This document shows, piece by piece, positions 37,487 through 50,301 of a stretch of 64,000 nucleotides of DNA (within the stretch, counting starts at the first letter, position 1; each line of letters opens with the position of its first letter). The stretch is from Mobula hypostoma. Its lineage: Eukaryota. Made by a program: the position numbers and the translations under genes. The DNA lies in contig NC_086125.1 of the NCBI RefSeq assembly GCF_963921235.1, positions 6,386,001-6,450,000 on the forward strand, in the 5' to 3' direction. Under the pieces are notes generated by a model. That model saw only the letters and a program-made list of their open reading frames with translations, made no database searches and was not told the DNA's origin.

Positions 37487-39262
37487 CTAAGAGGAGAAGA
37501 GCAGAGCTAGAAACATTACTCTCGACTCAATGACATAACCTCTGTTATCCAACACCCTGCAGCTGACATCCCAAATTCCACTCATCTGCCATCAATGCTA
37601 TGCCCGCAAACCGATATTGGCTCTTGCCTGAGTAATGTCTTGATATTAAAACAACTTCCACATTTTCACAATTACTTATTTTTATTTCCATGACTGATTT
37701 TATTTCCATAACATAGGAGAATGCTCATCTCATTGAGTCTGGCTGGCACACAGAATAGTACAATCTCATTCCATATAACCTATTCTCCCAGCAATCCCGT
37801 CTACTTGCCCTAGGTTCCTACATATATACTAGGGATAATCTACAAAGGCCAATTCACCTCCCAGTCCACACATCTCTGGGACACGGGATGAAACTGGAGC
37901 ACCCAGGGGAAACCAACACAGTCATAGAGAGGAACTGAAAGTTCCACACACAGATAACACCGGTTAAGATTGAACTGCACCATCAGCACTGTGAGATAGC
38001 AACTTTACTGAATGTGCCTTGGTGGCATACTCAAAACATTAGCTGCTAGCAGTGTTTAGAAATCCTCAGCTTCTCAGAGTACCCATGATGCCAACAGAAA
38101 CTGATGGCAGCATGGGTACATGTCCACATTTGGTAGGTTAAGTGGGACTCTTATTCCAAAAAGTTGGGCATCACTACGCTATGATTTTGACCTTTACTAT
38201 CACTAAATACTCCTCTAGCAACTCTGCATTCTGTAACTCTATCCTCATGCTCAAATTTAATCGCTCTACCATTGGCTTCAATCCAGAAGCAGATGGAAGT
38301 GTGTGGAGATTTGGTTACAAGGAAAATGAATGAGGCAATGGGGTGGTTCTGTGTGCTGTTCTGAAGAAATCCTTGCCAGCTTTGACCCACACCCAGCACT
38401 TGACCTGTAGGTTATGACACAAATATTCGCGCAAATTTGGGAGGCGGGATGGAGATACATCTCTACCAAAGGAGGTCCGCTGGCCTGCAGGTCACCCTTG
38501 GGTAAGATGTAGCACCTACTTAAATCCCCTGATCAGGGTCACATGTAGCCATGGGAGCAAGTGGTAGATGGTCATATGAGCAGATGGTGCACATCACGGA
38601 TCCTGGTTATGTGATCAGAGACGCCAGGCAGACGGTCTCTGAAGAGCATTAATTAATAATGGCTTGGGTCACCCATCTTGCAAAGGCACAGCCCAGAAGG
38701 CAATGGCAAACCACTTCTGTAGAAAAATTTGCCAAGAACAATCATGGTTATGAGACCATGAATGAAACGTCATACGACACAGCACATGTCAAACAAAGAG
38801 TAAATATAGAATTCAGGTTTGGCATTCATTTATTTTATTGAGAAACAGGCCCTTCTGGAACTTTGAGCTGTGCTGCCCAGCAAGTACCCCACTTAACCCT
38901 AGCCTAATCATGCGACAATTTACAATGACCAATTAACCTACTAACCAGTACGTTTTTGGACTGTGGGAGGAAACCAGAGCACCTGGAGGAAACCCACACA
39001 GTCATACAAACTCCTTACAGGTGGGTGCTCGGTGCCATCGGAGCTGAATGCCAAAGGCTATGTAAACCAAGAGCACCAACGAAACCTCATTGCCCTCTCA
39101 CTGAAATTTTCCTTTCCAGACCTTGGAACACAAAAGCAAAACATCTGCATTCTACCCAGATACCTGAATAGTCCAAATACAGGCTCTCTCTAACATTACC
39201 ACTGACTAAAATCAAGGGCGTTGACCATCAGTGTACCAGTCCTCTCACTGAGGATTACATAC

Positions 39263-39331
39263 CCGACTACATCCCTGCTGCAGCTCTGCGTTTTCCGTGC
39301 CATGGTACCCAGAGAATGATACAGTCGAGTC
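39263..39331 (-). pseudogene. RALGPS-like exon (TRLYHSLGTMARKTQSCSRDVV)
   Basis: CACAG acceptor, GTATGT donor, 69 nt, phase 2 to 2; RLYHSLG motif. Confidence 0.88.
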
Positions 39332-39653
39332 CTGTGCCAGAAACAAATCCCTGTCAACATACACTCAAGGGATGTGGTGGTGGGCGAGAGAGACAAACGA
39401 CTATACACCTCTTGGCCTGCTCCACCACCATGAACACAGTCAATCTCTATTTTATCTACCACATTGGCACTACATCTCCTAAAACTTCTAGTTATCACAC
39501 ACCAATGGCCTTGGGTTTTAAAATATCAAGTTCAAGTTTATTGCCATTCACGCATATACAAGTATACTGCCTCTGGACCATGATGCACAATACAGTACAT
39601 ATAATTCACCCATCACAAAGTAATATTATCACAAATGAAATGGCAAATAATAA

Positions 39654-39852
39654 CAACAGGAATTCTGCAGATGCTGGAAATTCAAGCAACATACATCAAA
39701 GTTGCTGGTGAACGCAGCAGGCCAGGCAGCATCTATAGGAAGAAGCGCAGTCGACGTTTCAGGCCGAGACCCTTCGTCCTGAAACGTCGACTGCGCTTCT
39801 TCCTATAGATGCTGCCTGGCCTGCTGCGTTCACCAGCAACTTTGATGTATGT
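39654..39852. mobile_element. Fold-back Penelope-like mini-insertion
   Basis: Long near-perfect inverted arms with a centrally deleted hammerhead pair; 13-bp TSD TGGCAAATAATAA (39641-39653, 39853-39865). Confidence 0.88.
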
Positions 39853-40763
39853 TGGCAAATAATAAAATGCATTTCAGAAAACTGAGATTTGCAATAAGGC
39901 GCATTTACAAGTTTAAGAAGTAAACAGCAAGACCCTACCGGGCTTCAGAAGTGTTGAGAGCTGGGTGGTAGCAGGGCGTTTAGTCTTGCGGCCTTGGGGT
40001 GGGGGGAGGCTAGGGAAAGAAGAATTCGGATATTTATTCATTGAGATACAGTATGGAATAGGCCTTTCAAGCCCAGGAATCCCACAATTTAACCCTAATC
40101 ATTGGACAATTTATAAGGACCAATTAACCTACTAACTGGTACATCTTTGGACTGCGTGAAGAAACCGGACCGCCCAGAGGAAACCTATGTGCTCACAGGG
40201 AAAACATACAAACTCCTTACAGGCAGCAGCGGGTATTGAACCGCAAAGTGCTGTGCTGACCACTTTTAGAACCGATACGAGTTCAATTCCCACCACTGCC
40301 TGTAAGGAGTTTGTACGTTTTCCCTGTGACTCTGTGGGTTTCCTCTAGTTACTCAGGTTCAGAGTTTTAGTGTACAAGAAATGACTGGCCTTTCTGCTTT
40401 CTATGCACAAGATCAAGTCATCACCACCCTATATCATCGGCCTTCCACCCTTCATGTGAAACGTTTCCCAACTTCTTTTCTGAATGGATTTACTTCAGTT
40501 TTATAATTATACCCCATCCCACCAGCAGAGTTGTGCTTTTTGTCTGCCTAGGAACAATATTAAAAGACAAAGACCTCAAACCACTCTTAAATTCCACGGG
40601 CCATGGAACATGGAACCTCTTCATAATACGTGGTCTAAATATTGATCCTGATCCACTTGGGACACTGAATCTGAGCACATCACAAGGCCTTACGCTTAAC
40701 ACCGGAACATCCCGTCTACACAATGTGACAAACCCAACCTCATCCAATTGTGCAGTCTCTCAC

Positions 40764-40821
40764 CTTTCAAAAGTTGGCCGTGTGCTCTGCTCACTATCAT
40801 CACTACTTTCTTCTTGGGTAG
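40764..40821 (-). pseudogene. RALGPS-like exon (TQEESSDDSEQSTRPTFE)
   Basis: TTCTTACAG acceptor, GTGAGA donor, 58 nt, phase 1 to 2; acidic/Ser-rich, ends P.FE(R) like RALGPS SWPAFER. Confidence 0.75.
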
Positions 40822-41508
40822 CTGTAAGAAATGAGAGTTTCTCACAAAATAGAAGTCCTGCAGTAGGAGTTTGACCCAAAATGCTGTCTATTTCCTCACA
40901 TCCCCCCCCCCCCACACCAACTAGAGATGCTACTTCACCCTCTGAATTCCTCCTGAAGATTATCTGTTATTCCAGATGCTGGCATCTGCAGTCTCCTGAC
41001 TCCATGTCTGTCTGCATTTCTCCCCAGGCATTCACCAGTTCTGCAGGCAACTGGGGGACAAGTGTGCTGGAGATCTGGGAGTAAGGGGACCGTGCCCAAG
41101 GATGGCAGAGTGGTGCAGCTGGAAGTGCTGACGCCTCTACACCAATGATCTGGGTCCAATCCCGTGTGAAATTTCCACACGCAAGGTGGGATGGAGGTGC
41201 CTATGACATCAGAGACGAGGAGGAATTTCTTTAGCCAAAGGATGATAGGTCTGTGGGATTCATTGCCACATGACTGTGGAGGCCAAGTCAGCAGGTATAT
41301 TTAAAGCAAAGGTTGCCAGGTTATTGATTATTCAGGGTGTCAAAGGATACAGGGAGAAGGCAGGAGAACGGGGTCGGGGGGGGTGGGGATAATAAATCAG
41401 CCATGCATGAATGGAAGAACAGACTCAATGGGCCAAAAACTCTATGTCCCCATGTCTTATGGACATAGTTCTCTAGTGTCCCAAGATATGAAATGTGACC
41501 CTGGGGCC

Positions 41509-41647
41509 ATTCCATTTGATACTCACGGCAAACCACAGAATTTAACACCTGAAACCACACCCAGAAAGGTGGTAAAGCTATTCCATTTGATACTCACTGC
41601 AAACCACAAAATTTAACACAAGAAACTACACCCAGAAAGGTGGTAAG
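41509..41647. repeat. 71-bp imperfect tandem duplication
   Basis: ATTCCATTTGATACTCAC...CACCCAGAAAGGTGGTAA present twice. Confidence 0.85.
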
Positions 41648-42199
41648 GTGCTTCCACTGGGTCACAAAACTATCCCATGGCAGTGGACTTCCTGTGAATT
41701 TCACACTTGGTGATGGGGGTGGGGGAAAACAAGAGCTACAAGGCTGGAAAGGAGTACTCAAGTCTTGTGGGATTGCTGTGGATTGTTATGTTGAAATACG
41801 TAACCTGTCTTCAGAAATTCACAAGCAGCATTAAACCAAAAATGGTGTTCTTTTGAAGTGATGAAGAAACCATAGTCAATGAAAGATTATCTGTTTTAGC
41901 TTTGAAAGGTAAATGTTAATGTCAGGCCACCAAGATAAACATCCTTGCTCTTTGAAATACTGCTATGAGATCTTTCTGCATCAGCCTGTGAACGTAGACA
42001 GGATCTTGATTTGATGTTGCATTCAAGAGATGTCAGCTGATAGGAAATATCTAATCTATCAGTGCCAGATACAAGCTCATAGGTGAAGTTCCTCCAGAGG
42101 CTTAAATGCACTTCAATGTTGTACTGAGGGACTGCTGCATTGTTAAGAGTGTTGTATTTCAAATGGGATATTAATGAGGTACTGACCCTTGCAAGTAGA

Positions 42200-42975
42200 A
42201 CACATGCCACACCTGACCCTACACCTCCTCCCCCCACTACCATTCAGGGCCCCAAACAGTCCTTCCAGGTGACGTGATACTTCACCTGAGAGTCTGTCGG
42301 GGTCACCTACTGTACCCTGTGCACCGGTGAGACCTGACGTAGATTGGGAGACTGCTTCGCCAAGCACCCACCAGAAAAAGCGGGATCTCCCAGTGGCCAC
42401 CCATTTCAATTCTACTTCCCATTCCCATTATGACATGTCAGTCCATGGTCTCCTCTAATTCGTGATGAGGCCACATGCAGGTTGGAGAAACAACACCTTG
42501 TATACCATCTGACGGCATGAACATCGATTTATCAAACTTCCAGTAATTACCCCCTCCTCCTCTCCTTCAACATTCCCATTCCTGTTTCCCTCTCTCTCCT
42601 TATCTCCTTACCTGTCCATCATCTCCCTCTGGTAGTCCTCTCCCTTCCCTTTCTTCCATGGGTCTTCTGCTCTCATCTACCAGATTCCTCCTTCTCCAGT
42701 CCTTTATTTTGTTTGCAAATCAACTTCCCAGCTCTTTACTTCACCCCTCACCTCTCCTGGTTTCACCCATCACCTACCACCTTCTATTTCTTCCTCCTGT
42801 CCCTCCACCTTCTTACTCTGACCTTGCCTCTTTATTTCCGCAGTCCTGATGAAGGGTCTCGGCCCAAAATGTCAGTTGTTGACTCTTTTCTATAGACGCT
42901 GCCTGGCCTGCTGTGTTTGTCCAGAATTTTGAGTGTGTTACCTTGATTTCCAGCATCTGCAGATGCTCTCCTGCT
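42200..42975 (+). mobile_element. Penelope-like fragment (GIY-YIG region)
   Basis: IQGPKQSFQV..., GET.RRLGD.FA.H, VATHFNS remnants; degenerate hammerhead near 42842. Confidence 0.82.
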
Positions 42976-43689
42976 TGAGATCTGACTCCAAGCGGATGCA
43001 AAAGATCCCATGACACTTTCCTAAACAATTGTACGAGTTGGAGTTGCATAACATAGAAACAGGTCCTTCAGCCCATTACCTCTATGCCAACCATCACACC
43101 TAGCCATAGTAGTTCCACTTGCCTACATAAATCCCACATCCCTGCTCGTTCACCTACTTATTAAGATGCAGGGAAAGCTTCTGGATGTTACGATGCACCT
43201 TAAATGTTATTACTTTTCCTGCCTCCCCTACCTCCGCTGGTACCTCATTCCAGATACCATCCACTGTTTAAAAATTTACCCTTCTGATCTCCTTTAAGCC
43301 TCCTCCCTCTCACCTCATGCAATCTAGTTTAAACACTTTTACCACGGGAAACAGACACTGGCTATCTACCGCATACTGACCAATTAATCACGACTGATGA
43401 CTTGTGCCTTTTTTTTGTTTCCCACGGGCTGCTGAACTGTTGAAAGATGCTTCCCTTGGTGTTCAACTGCAAGTCCTTCTGACAAAGATAATCAACTCTG
43501 ACAGAATGTGAGGTACGAACTTCAGTTTGTGGAGCTTCCAATAAACAATAACACTTGTGTTAAAGCAATCTTGTGAAAGTATTCAAAAATGATAAACAGA
43601 AGTGATATTAAACAAAATTTAATATATTTTTATATGAGAAATAAGGACATATAGGAATATACTTGATCTATAGAGCAACCTCGGACCAT

Positions 43690-44280
43690 AAGGTGTAGGA
43701 GCAGAATTAGGCCATTTGGCCCATCGAGTCTGCTCCACCATTTCATCATGTTTCCCTCCAGCCCCAATCTCCCGTCTTCTCCCCGTGTTCCTTCATGCCC
43801 GGACCAATCAAGAACCTATCAACCTCTGCTTTAAATATACCCAGTGACTTGGCCTCCACCGCTGCCTGTGGCAATGAGTTCCCCAGATTCACCATTCTCT
43901 GGCTAAAGAAATTCCTTATCTCCATTCTAAATGGATGTCCTTCTATTCTAAGGTTTTGTCATCTGGTCTTAGGTTTCCCCCACCAAAGGGAACATCCTCT
44001 CCACATCCACTCAATTGAGGCCTTTCAATATTCAATAGGTTTCAATGAGATCCCCCTCCCCCCAGATCATCTGAATTCCAGTGAGTACAGACCCAGAGCC
44101 ATCCAATGCTCCTCTTCTGACAAGCCTTTTAATCATGAAATCATTTTCGTGAACTTCCTTTGAGCCCTCTCCAACGGCAACACATCCTTTCTTTGTTAAG
44201 GGACCTAAAACTGCTCACAATACTCCAAGTCAGGCCTCAGCAGTGCCTTATAAAGTCTCAACATTACATTCTTCCTTTTA
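43690..44280 (-). mobile_element. CR1 LINE 3' fragment
   Basis: Reverse complement of CR1 C-terminal region and tail. Confidence 0.85.
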
Positions 44281-44479
44281 TACATTAGTTAAAAGTGTGC
44301 AATTTTTAATCACTAATAAGAAAGCATGTTTCTACTCGTTACTACAAGGAACTTGCTATGCACAAATTGGTTGTTAGCTCTCCTATTCCAGTGACTACCC
44401 TTCAGGGAGCATTTCATTGGTCAAAACCGTGAAAGGTTTATAGATGGAAATATGAAACTGAAGATCTGTAGCAAAGGTT

Positions 44480-45012
44480 GGGCCACACCCGGAGTGTTGC
44501 ATACAGTTCTGATCACCCCACGATAGGGAGAACGCCGAGGCTTTGGAGAGGGCGCAGAAGAGGTTTACCAGGATGCTGCATGGTTTAGAGGGCTTACGGT
44601 ATCACGAGAGGCTGGACAAATGGGTTGTTTCTCTGGAGTGGTGGAGACCGAGGGGAGATCTGATAGAGGTTTACAAGATTATAAGAGGCTCAGATAGAGT
44701 AGACAGAGAGTATTTTTTGAGCTGGGTAGAAATGTCTAGTACCAGAGGGCATGCATTGAAGATGAGAGGGGGTAGGTTCAAGGGGGATATGAGGGGCAAG
44801 GGAGTGGTGGATGCCTGGTATGCACTGTCTGGTATGGTCGTAGAGACGTACATTTGAGGCTTTTAAGGGATATTTAAACAGGCACATGGATACGAGGAAG
44901 GTGGAGGGATATGGACATTGTGTAGGTAGGAGCGATTAGTTTTCAGATTTACTTTCAGCTGGTTCACCACAACACTGTGGGCCCAAGGGCCTGTTCCTGT
45001 TCTATGTTCTAT
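44480..45012 (+). mobile_element. CR1 LINE 3' fragment
   Basis: LERAQKRFTRML...RGDLIEVYKI; TTCTATG tail ends 37 bp from a RALGPS-like exon donor. Confidence 0.88.
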
Positions 45013-45048
45013 GAAATCATTCAAGCAGACAGTGCTCCCATACAGTAC

Positions 45049-45209
45049 CTGGCCATGACTCATCTGGAGAGTGGTCACAGGCCGGCTGGTGTTCGGCCTG
45101 CATCGCCCACGGCAAACTACCTTCGATCACACTATCATCCAAGAGGCTCTGCGGTCGACTGCCGAGGAACGTGGCCCCCTCGGGATCCGTGGTGCTCGCC
45201 CGTCTACTG
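45049..45209 (-). pseudogene. RALGPS-like exon (SRRASTTDPEGATFLGSRPQSLLDDSVIEG...SWP)
   Basis: GTACAG acceptor, GTACTG donor, 161 nt, phase 2 to 1; ATF....P..LLDDSV.E motif. Confidence 0.85.
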
Positions 45210-46187
45210 CTGTACAAAGTAGGAAGGATACACTGAGGACACTTAATCTGCAGCCACCTATAAAACAGGACTAGAAGAGTCAGCGACGCAAAGATAGGAA
45301 CACAGCTCGACCTTCACGTTCTGCTCAGCGTTCGCCAGCTCCCTCCACGACTAATATCTGAGGTACAAAGCAACTGCAGGAAATTAAACAGATTGAATAA
45401 AATTAAAGACTCATGGCAGAACTGTCCAGTCCACCAGAACGTACATGACTTTCAAAGAGAACTCCCCCACACCATCAGTGTGGGACAGGGGCACCCCGAC
45501 CCCCAGCAAGGCGCCAGCTGGAGATGGGAGACCCCAACCACAGACCCCAAGGAAGCAGCAGTGGGAAGGAGTGGAAACCCCTGCTGCCTTCAAGGACTCA
45601 GTGGTGATCGGTGGAGCCCAGGTTATCTAATTAATAACCACAGACGTGGGCTCAGGACAGAGTTCAAATCATGGTGGCTGTGCGATTATAAATCTGGATA
45701 ATGTCCTGGAATTTAAAATTGTCATTAGGAACGATGATCACACAAAACCACCCAGATGCCCAAACGTACAACTCTAATGGGTTTCAGATGTGAAAATCTG
45801 TTACTCTTACCTTGTGGGGTCTAAAAATTATTCAATTAAGTTAATGAAGTTAAATAAACTACTCACAGGAGCAGATGGCGTCCTTTCACATCATTCAAAG
45901 CTTCTCTCAATGTCGTTCTGAATCAGATGGTAGCTCAGAATGGTTCTCTTTCCCCTTGGCCAGGTTGAACTGCACTGAAGATGCAGCAGATGGTGCCCTC
46001 TGTGCCAAAGTGCCAGCTCAGGTGTGCCACTGAAGGCTGGTTTTGTCCAGACACCTGCAGTCCCATTTAGCAGCCGTTCATGGTTGACAGAATCTGAATC
46101 AGGTTTAATCACCAGCACGTGTCGTGAAATTTGATGCACAGTGACACATACTTGCCCAACGCCCTCAGAGTGAAGTCCATCACTTAC

Positions 46188-46293
46188 TGGTAATCAGCGC
46201 TCTGCCACTTCCTGTGACCACGCAGCAGGCACAGACACGAGGCTGTGGCATCGCCATCAGAATATTCAACTGCTTCAGTGGAGGACAGTGGAC
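46188..46293 (-). pseudogene. RALGPS-like exon (GPLSSTEAVEYSDGDATASCLCLLRGHRKWQSADY)
   Basis: TCTCAG acceptor, GTAAGT donor, 106 nt; GHRK..S..Y matches GHRKCHSLGY. Confidence 0.8.
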
Positions 46294-46409
46294 CTGAGAC
46301 AGAGGGGTAGCTAGAGTTTAGACAGAACTTGTCACTCTGTTCAATAGGAATAGCCTCCTCCTGCCAGAACCAATCTTACTTCCCTCCTCACTCATCCTCA
46401 TTCATAGGT

Positions 46410-46717
46410 GTCAACATAAAAGGCATCCGTTAGTCTTGCGAGACCATGGATCTGCGCCTGGAAAGTCTTCACTCTCCAGGGTGCAGGCCTGGGCAGGGTT
46501 GTATGGAAGACCAGCTGTAAGTCTCCCCTCTCCACGACACCAATGTTGTCCAAGGGAAGGGCATTAGGAACCATACAGCTTGGCACCAGTGTCGTCGCAG
46601 AGCAATGTGTGATTAAGTGCCTTGCTCAAGGGCACAACACGCTGCCTCGGCTGGGGCTCAAACTAACGACCTTCAGTTCGCTAGTCCAATGCCTTAACCA
46701 CTTGGCCACATGCCCAT
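46410..46717 (-). mobile_element. tRNA-derived SINE
   Basis: Reverse-complement copy of 53475-53775. Confidence 0.8.
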
Positions 46718-47335
46718 GGGTGTCAACAGCTCCTTAGGAAATAAAGAATTTTAATGCAGTGCCATTCTACCATGGTGCAAATCACTCCCCACAATAAAAT
46801 CATTTTCAGTGGCTGAGTGGATGGCATCCCTTTCACCCCCTAAGGCTGTGGATTCAATTTTCCATTCCAGAAATACCAGTACAAAAGTGTGAGCTAATAC
46901 TCCAGCATGTCACCAGGAGTACGGCATCTTTCAGGTGTGATGTTTAATCAAGGCCAATCACAAAGACCTCCAACATCATACCAAAGTGAAGCAAAAGCTT
47001 TCCCTGGTATCTTACCCAACCTTTATCCATGTTCAACGTTACTAGATGATCTGGTGAAAACCATCTTGCTTATGCAAGCTATAATACAATAGCGGGGTAC
47101 ACTTCAAAAGTACTTTGTTAGCGGGAAGGTGCTTTAGGGCTTTTGAACGTCATGAAAAAATACACTGATAACAGTTCCTCGGAAAGCACAAGGCTCAAGG
47201 ATAGCTTTCTGGTTATAAAACTATTGAACTGTCCACTAGTACGATAAGGCTCTTGACCTCACAATCTACTTCCTTATGGCCATTCACCTGATTGCCTGCT
47301 TGCACTACAGTTTTGCACAAAGTTGGAGCCCTCAC

Positions 47336-47386
47336 CTTCAGCTTCGATGTGGAGGACATGACACAGGTTCAAGCAATAGAGAGAGT
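47336..47386 (-). pseudogene. RALGPS-like exon ([15 protein letters not shown]), premature stop and phase shift
   Basis: TTCCACAG acceptor, GTGAGG donor; LSL..EP motif; in-frame TGA at 47340-47338; ends in phase 2 while the next exon starts in phase 1. Confidence 0.8.
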
Positions 47387-47581
47387 CTGTGGAACGCTGT
47401 CAAATCATATGTGAGCCTCGTGGAATAACTCTGGAATTCCGCAAATCTCAAGTGAATCAATGTTTCGGAATGCAGCCAGTGTTTATTTTTGCAGGAAAAG
47501 GCGCAACCTCCTCCTGTCGAATTCAACAGTAAAAGTAAAAACAAAAATAACCTTGGAGAACCAAACTGGAGACGATGGCAG

Positions 47582-47672
47582 CTGTAGTTGTCTTGCTCCA
47601 AGAAGGATTGTAGCTCCTCAATGTATCGTGCAGAGTCCAGATACATCTGGACATGAGGCAATGATGGAAGAT
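47582..47672 (-). pseudogene. RALGPS-like exon ([30 protein letters not shown]), donor lost
   Basis: TTTATAG acceptor; matches LPHVQKYL.SV.YIEELQKFVEDDNY; expected GT donor reads CT (TAC AG|CTGCC). Confidence 0.9.
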
Positions 47673-48254
47673 CTATAAACAATGCAAGTTAGAATAGTAA
47701 CACATAGTTCAGACATCACATGTGGAGATAGAGGAAAAGAATTAATGTGAAATGTCATCAACCCAGCCGGAGAAGTCCCAGGCCAGATACTCAGATTGTC
47801 AGTGTTGCCAAGTTCTTTGGATCACTGAATGCCCTTTCCAATGCCTGCATGGTCTTCTTCAGTTCCTCAAAAGACCCAAAGCACTTTGTGCCTTCTGGAT
47901 GCTTCTATAGTTTCAGCAGGTATGGCCTTGGGATGCCCAAAAGCTGATATTGTTTCATGATTTCTCCCCAGAGAGGCCTTGTAATCAGTCTTGAAGGATC
48001 TTCTCTGTGCTCCCTGAACTGGCTGACGTGACAAAGCGTAGAGTGGAGTACCTCTTTTGGGGGATTTAGCGTCAGGCACGCAGACAGTGCCGAGCCTTGG
48101 TGCTGAGGATTCTGGCCTGAGGGAAGATACTGATATTGGCTCATTTATCCTACTAATGGATTTGTATAGAACTCTAACATTACAGGACTTCAAATGCAGT
48201 ATTCCTTGTCCTTTATTATTCAGTCTTGTAAAGGAGCTTCTTCTACTCCTGCCA

Positions 48255-48921
48255 AAGATGGCTGAGAGGCAGCAAGTGTGGTCTTGGTCTGGAGAAAGAC
48301 AAAGAAGGATGAACAGCGTGCGCGGCCATTCCGAATGATATTGTACGTGGTAACTAGGGAGTCGTGCACAATCCTGATTTGATGGAGACAGTCGTGAGAA
48401 GCACGGAGGAACACCTGGAGAAACGTCTGAAATGCCCGCTTCGTTGCCGCTGCTACTATGCGATTGAGAATCTCCGGAGGGGAAGGCCCCAAATCCTTGG
48501 CTTTGCCTATTGCCGGGGCCGGGGTTGAAGCGCTTGACAGAGATGGTGCTCGGTGTCGGAGAGCTGGTCAGAGGCTCGGAGTTTTTGGACGGACTCAGAG
48601 TCAGACTGTGGTCGGATGCTTCCAGGATGCTGCATCGGCAAGTTTGCGGTGCTGGAGGTTCACTGTCTGCGTGAGATGATGGGACTTTTGAGAGACTTTG
48701 AGACTTTTTACCGTGCCCATGGTCTGCTCTTTATCAAATTACAGTATTGCTTTGCACTGTTGTAACTATATGTCATAATTATGTGGTTTTAGTCAGCTTT
48801 TAAGTCGGTTTGTCATGTGTTTCTGTGATATCATTCTGGAAAAACATTGTATCATTTCTTAATGCATGCATTACTAAATGACAATAAAAGAGGACTGTGT
48901 GTCCTCATAATCTAAAAAAAA
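48255..48921 (+). mobile_element. Non-autonomous LINE-related repeat with poly-A end
   Basis: AAGATGGC start, same body and tail as 30135-31042. Confidence 0.75.
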
Positions 48922-49104
48922 CTTGAATATAGTATTCTGGTTACGATTCAGAAGTAGATCTCTGCACGACAAGCTCCAAGATATTCAGTAGAATGAAATG
49001 ATTTGTTGCTTTGCTGAATAGTTAAGATCAGGCGTAGTACAGCAGGCCACAGGTCCTTGATGTCAGCCATGGAATCAGAGCATGCAAACAGATCATTCTG
49101 CCAG

Positions 49105-50301
49105 GCATATAGATGAGGGTAGTGCAGTGGATGTGATCTATATGGATTTTAGTAAGGCATTTGACGAGGTTCCACACGGTAGGCTTATTCAGAAAGTTAG
49201 AAGGCATGGGATCCAGGGAAGTTTGGCCAGGTGGATTCAGAATTGGCTTGCCTGCAGAAGGCAGAGGGTGGTGGTGGAGGGAGTACATTCAGATTGGAGG
49301 ATTGTGACTAGTGGTGTCCCACAAGGATCTGTTCTGGGACCTCTACTTTTTGTGATTTTTATTAACGACCTGGATGTGGGGGTAGAAGGGTGGGTTGGCA
49401 AGTTTGAAGATGACACAAAGGTTGGTGGTGTTGTAGATAGTGTAGAGGATTGTCAAAGATTGCAGAGAGACATTGATAGGATGCAGAAGTGGGCTGAGAA
49501 GTGGCAGATGGAGTTCAACCCGGAGAAGTGTGAGGTGGTACACTTTGGAAGGACAAACTCCAAGGCAGAGTACAAAGCAAATGGCAGGGTACTTGGTAGT
49601 GTGGAGGAGCAGAGGGATCTCGGGGTACATGTCCACAGATCCCTGAAAGTTGCCTCACAGGTGGATAGGGTAGTTAAGAAAGCTTATGGGGTGTTAGCTT
49701 TCATAAGTCGAGGGATAGAGTTTAAGAGTTGCAATGTAATGATGCAGCTCTATAAAACTCTGGTTAGGCCACACTTGGAGTATTGCGTCCAGTTCTGGTC
49801 ACCTCACTATAGGAAGGATGTGGAAGCATTGGAAAGGGTACAGAGGAGATTTACCAGGATGCTGTCTGGTTTAGAAAGTATGCATTATGATCAGAGATTA
49901 AGGGAGCTAGGGCTTTACTCTTTGGAGAGAAGGAAGATGAGAGGAGACATGATAGAGATGTACAAGATAATAAGAGGAATAGATAGAGTGGATAGCCAGC
50001 GCCTCTTCCCCAGGGCACCACTGCTCAATACAAGAGGACATGGCTTTAAGGTAAGGGGTGGGAAGTTCAAGGGGGATATTAGAGGAAGGTTTTTTACTCA
50101 GAGAGTGGTTGGTGCGTGGAATGCACTGCCTGAGTCAGTGGTGGAGGCAGATACACTAGTGAAGTTTAAGAGACTACTAGACAGATATATGGAGGAATTT
50201 AAGGTGGGGGGGTTATATGGGAGGCAGGGTTTGAGGGTCGGCACAACATTGTGGGCCGAAGGGCCTGTACTGTGCTGTACTATTCTATGTTCTATGTTCT
50301 A
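49105..50301 (+). mobile_element. Young 5'-truncated CR1 LINE with long open RT frame
   Basis: ORF 49082-50302 (406 aa): YMDFSKAFD, GVPQGSVLGPLLF, KFEDDTK, LVRPHLEYCVQFWSP; (TTCTATG)n tail. Confidence 0.96.

Noticed and set aside
45318-45357. Possible extra minus-strand exon between two RALGPS-like exons
   Set aside because: Acceptor-like site only; weak donor and no RALGPS similarity.
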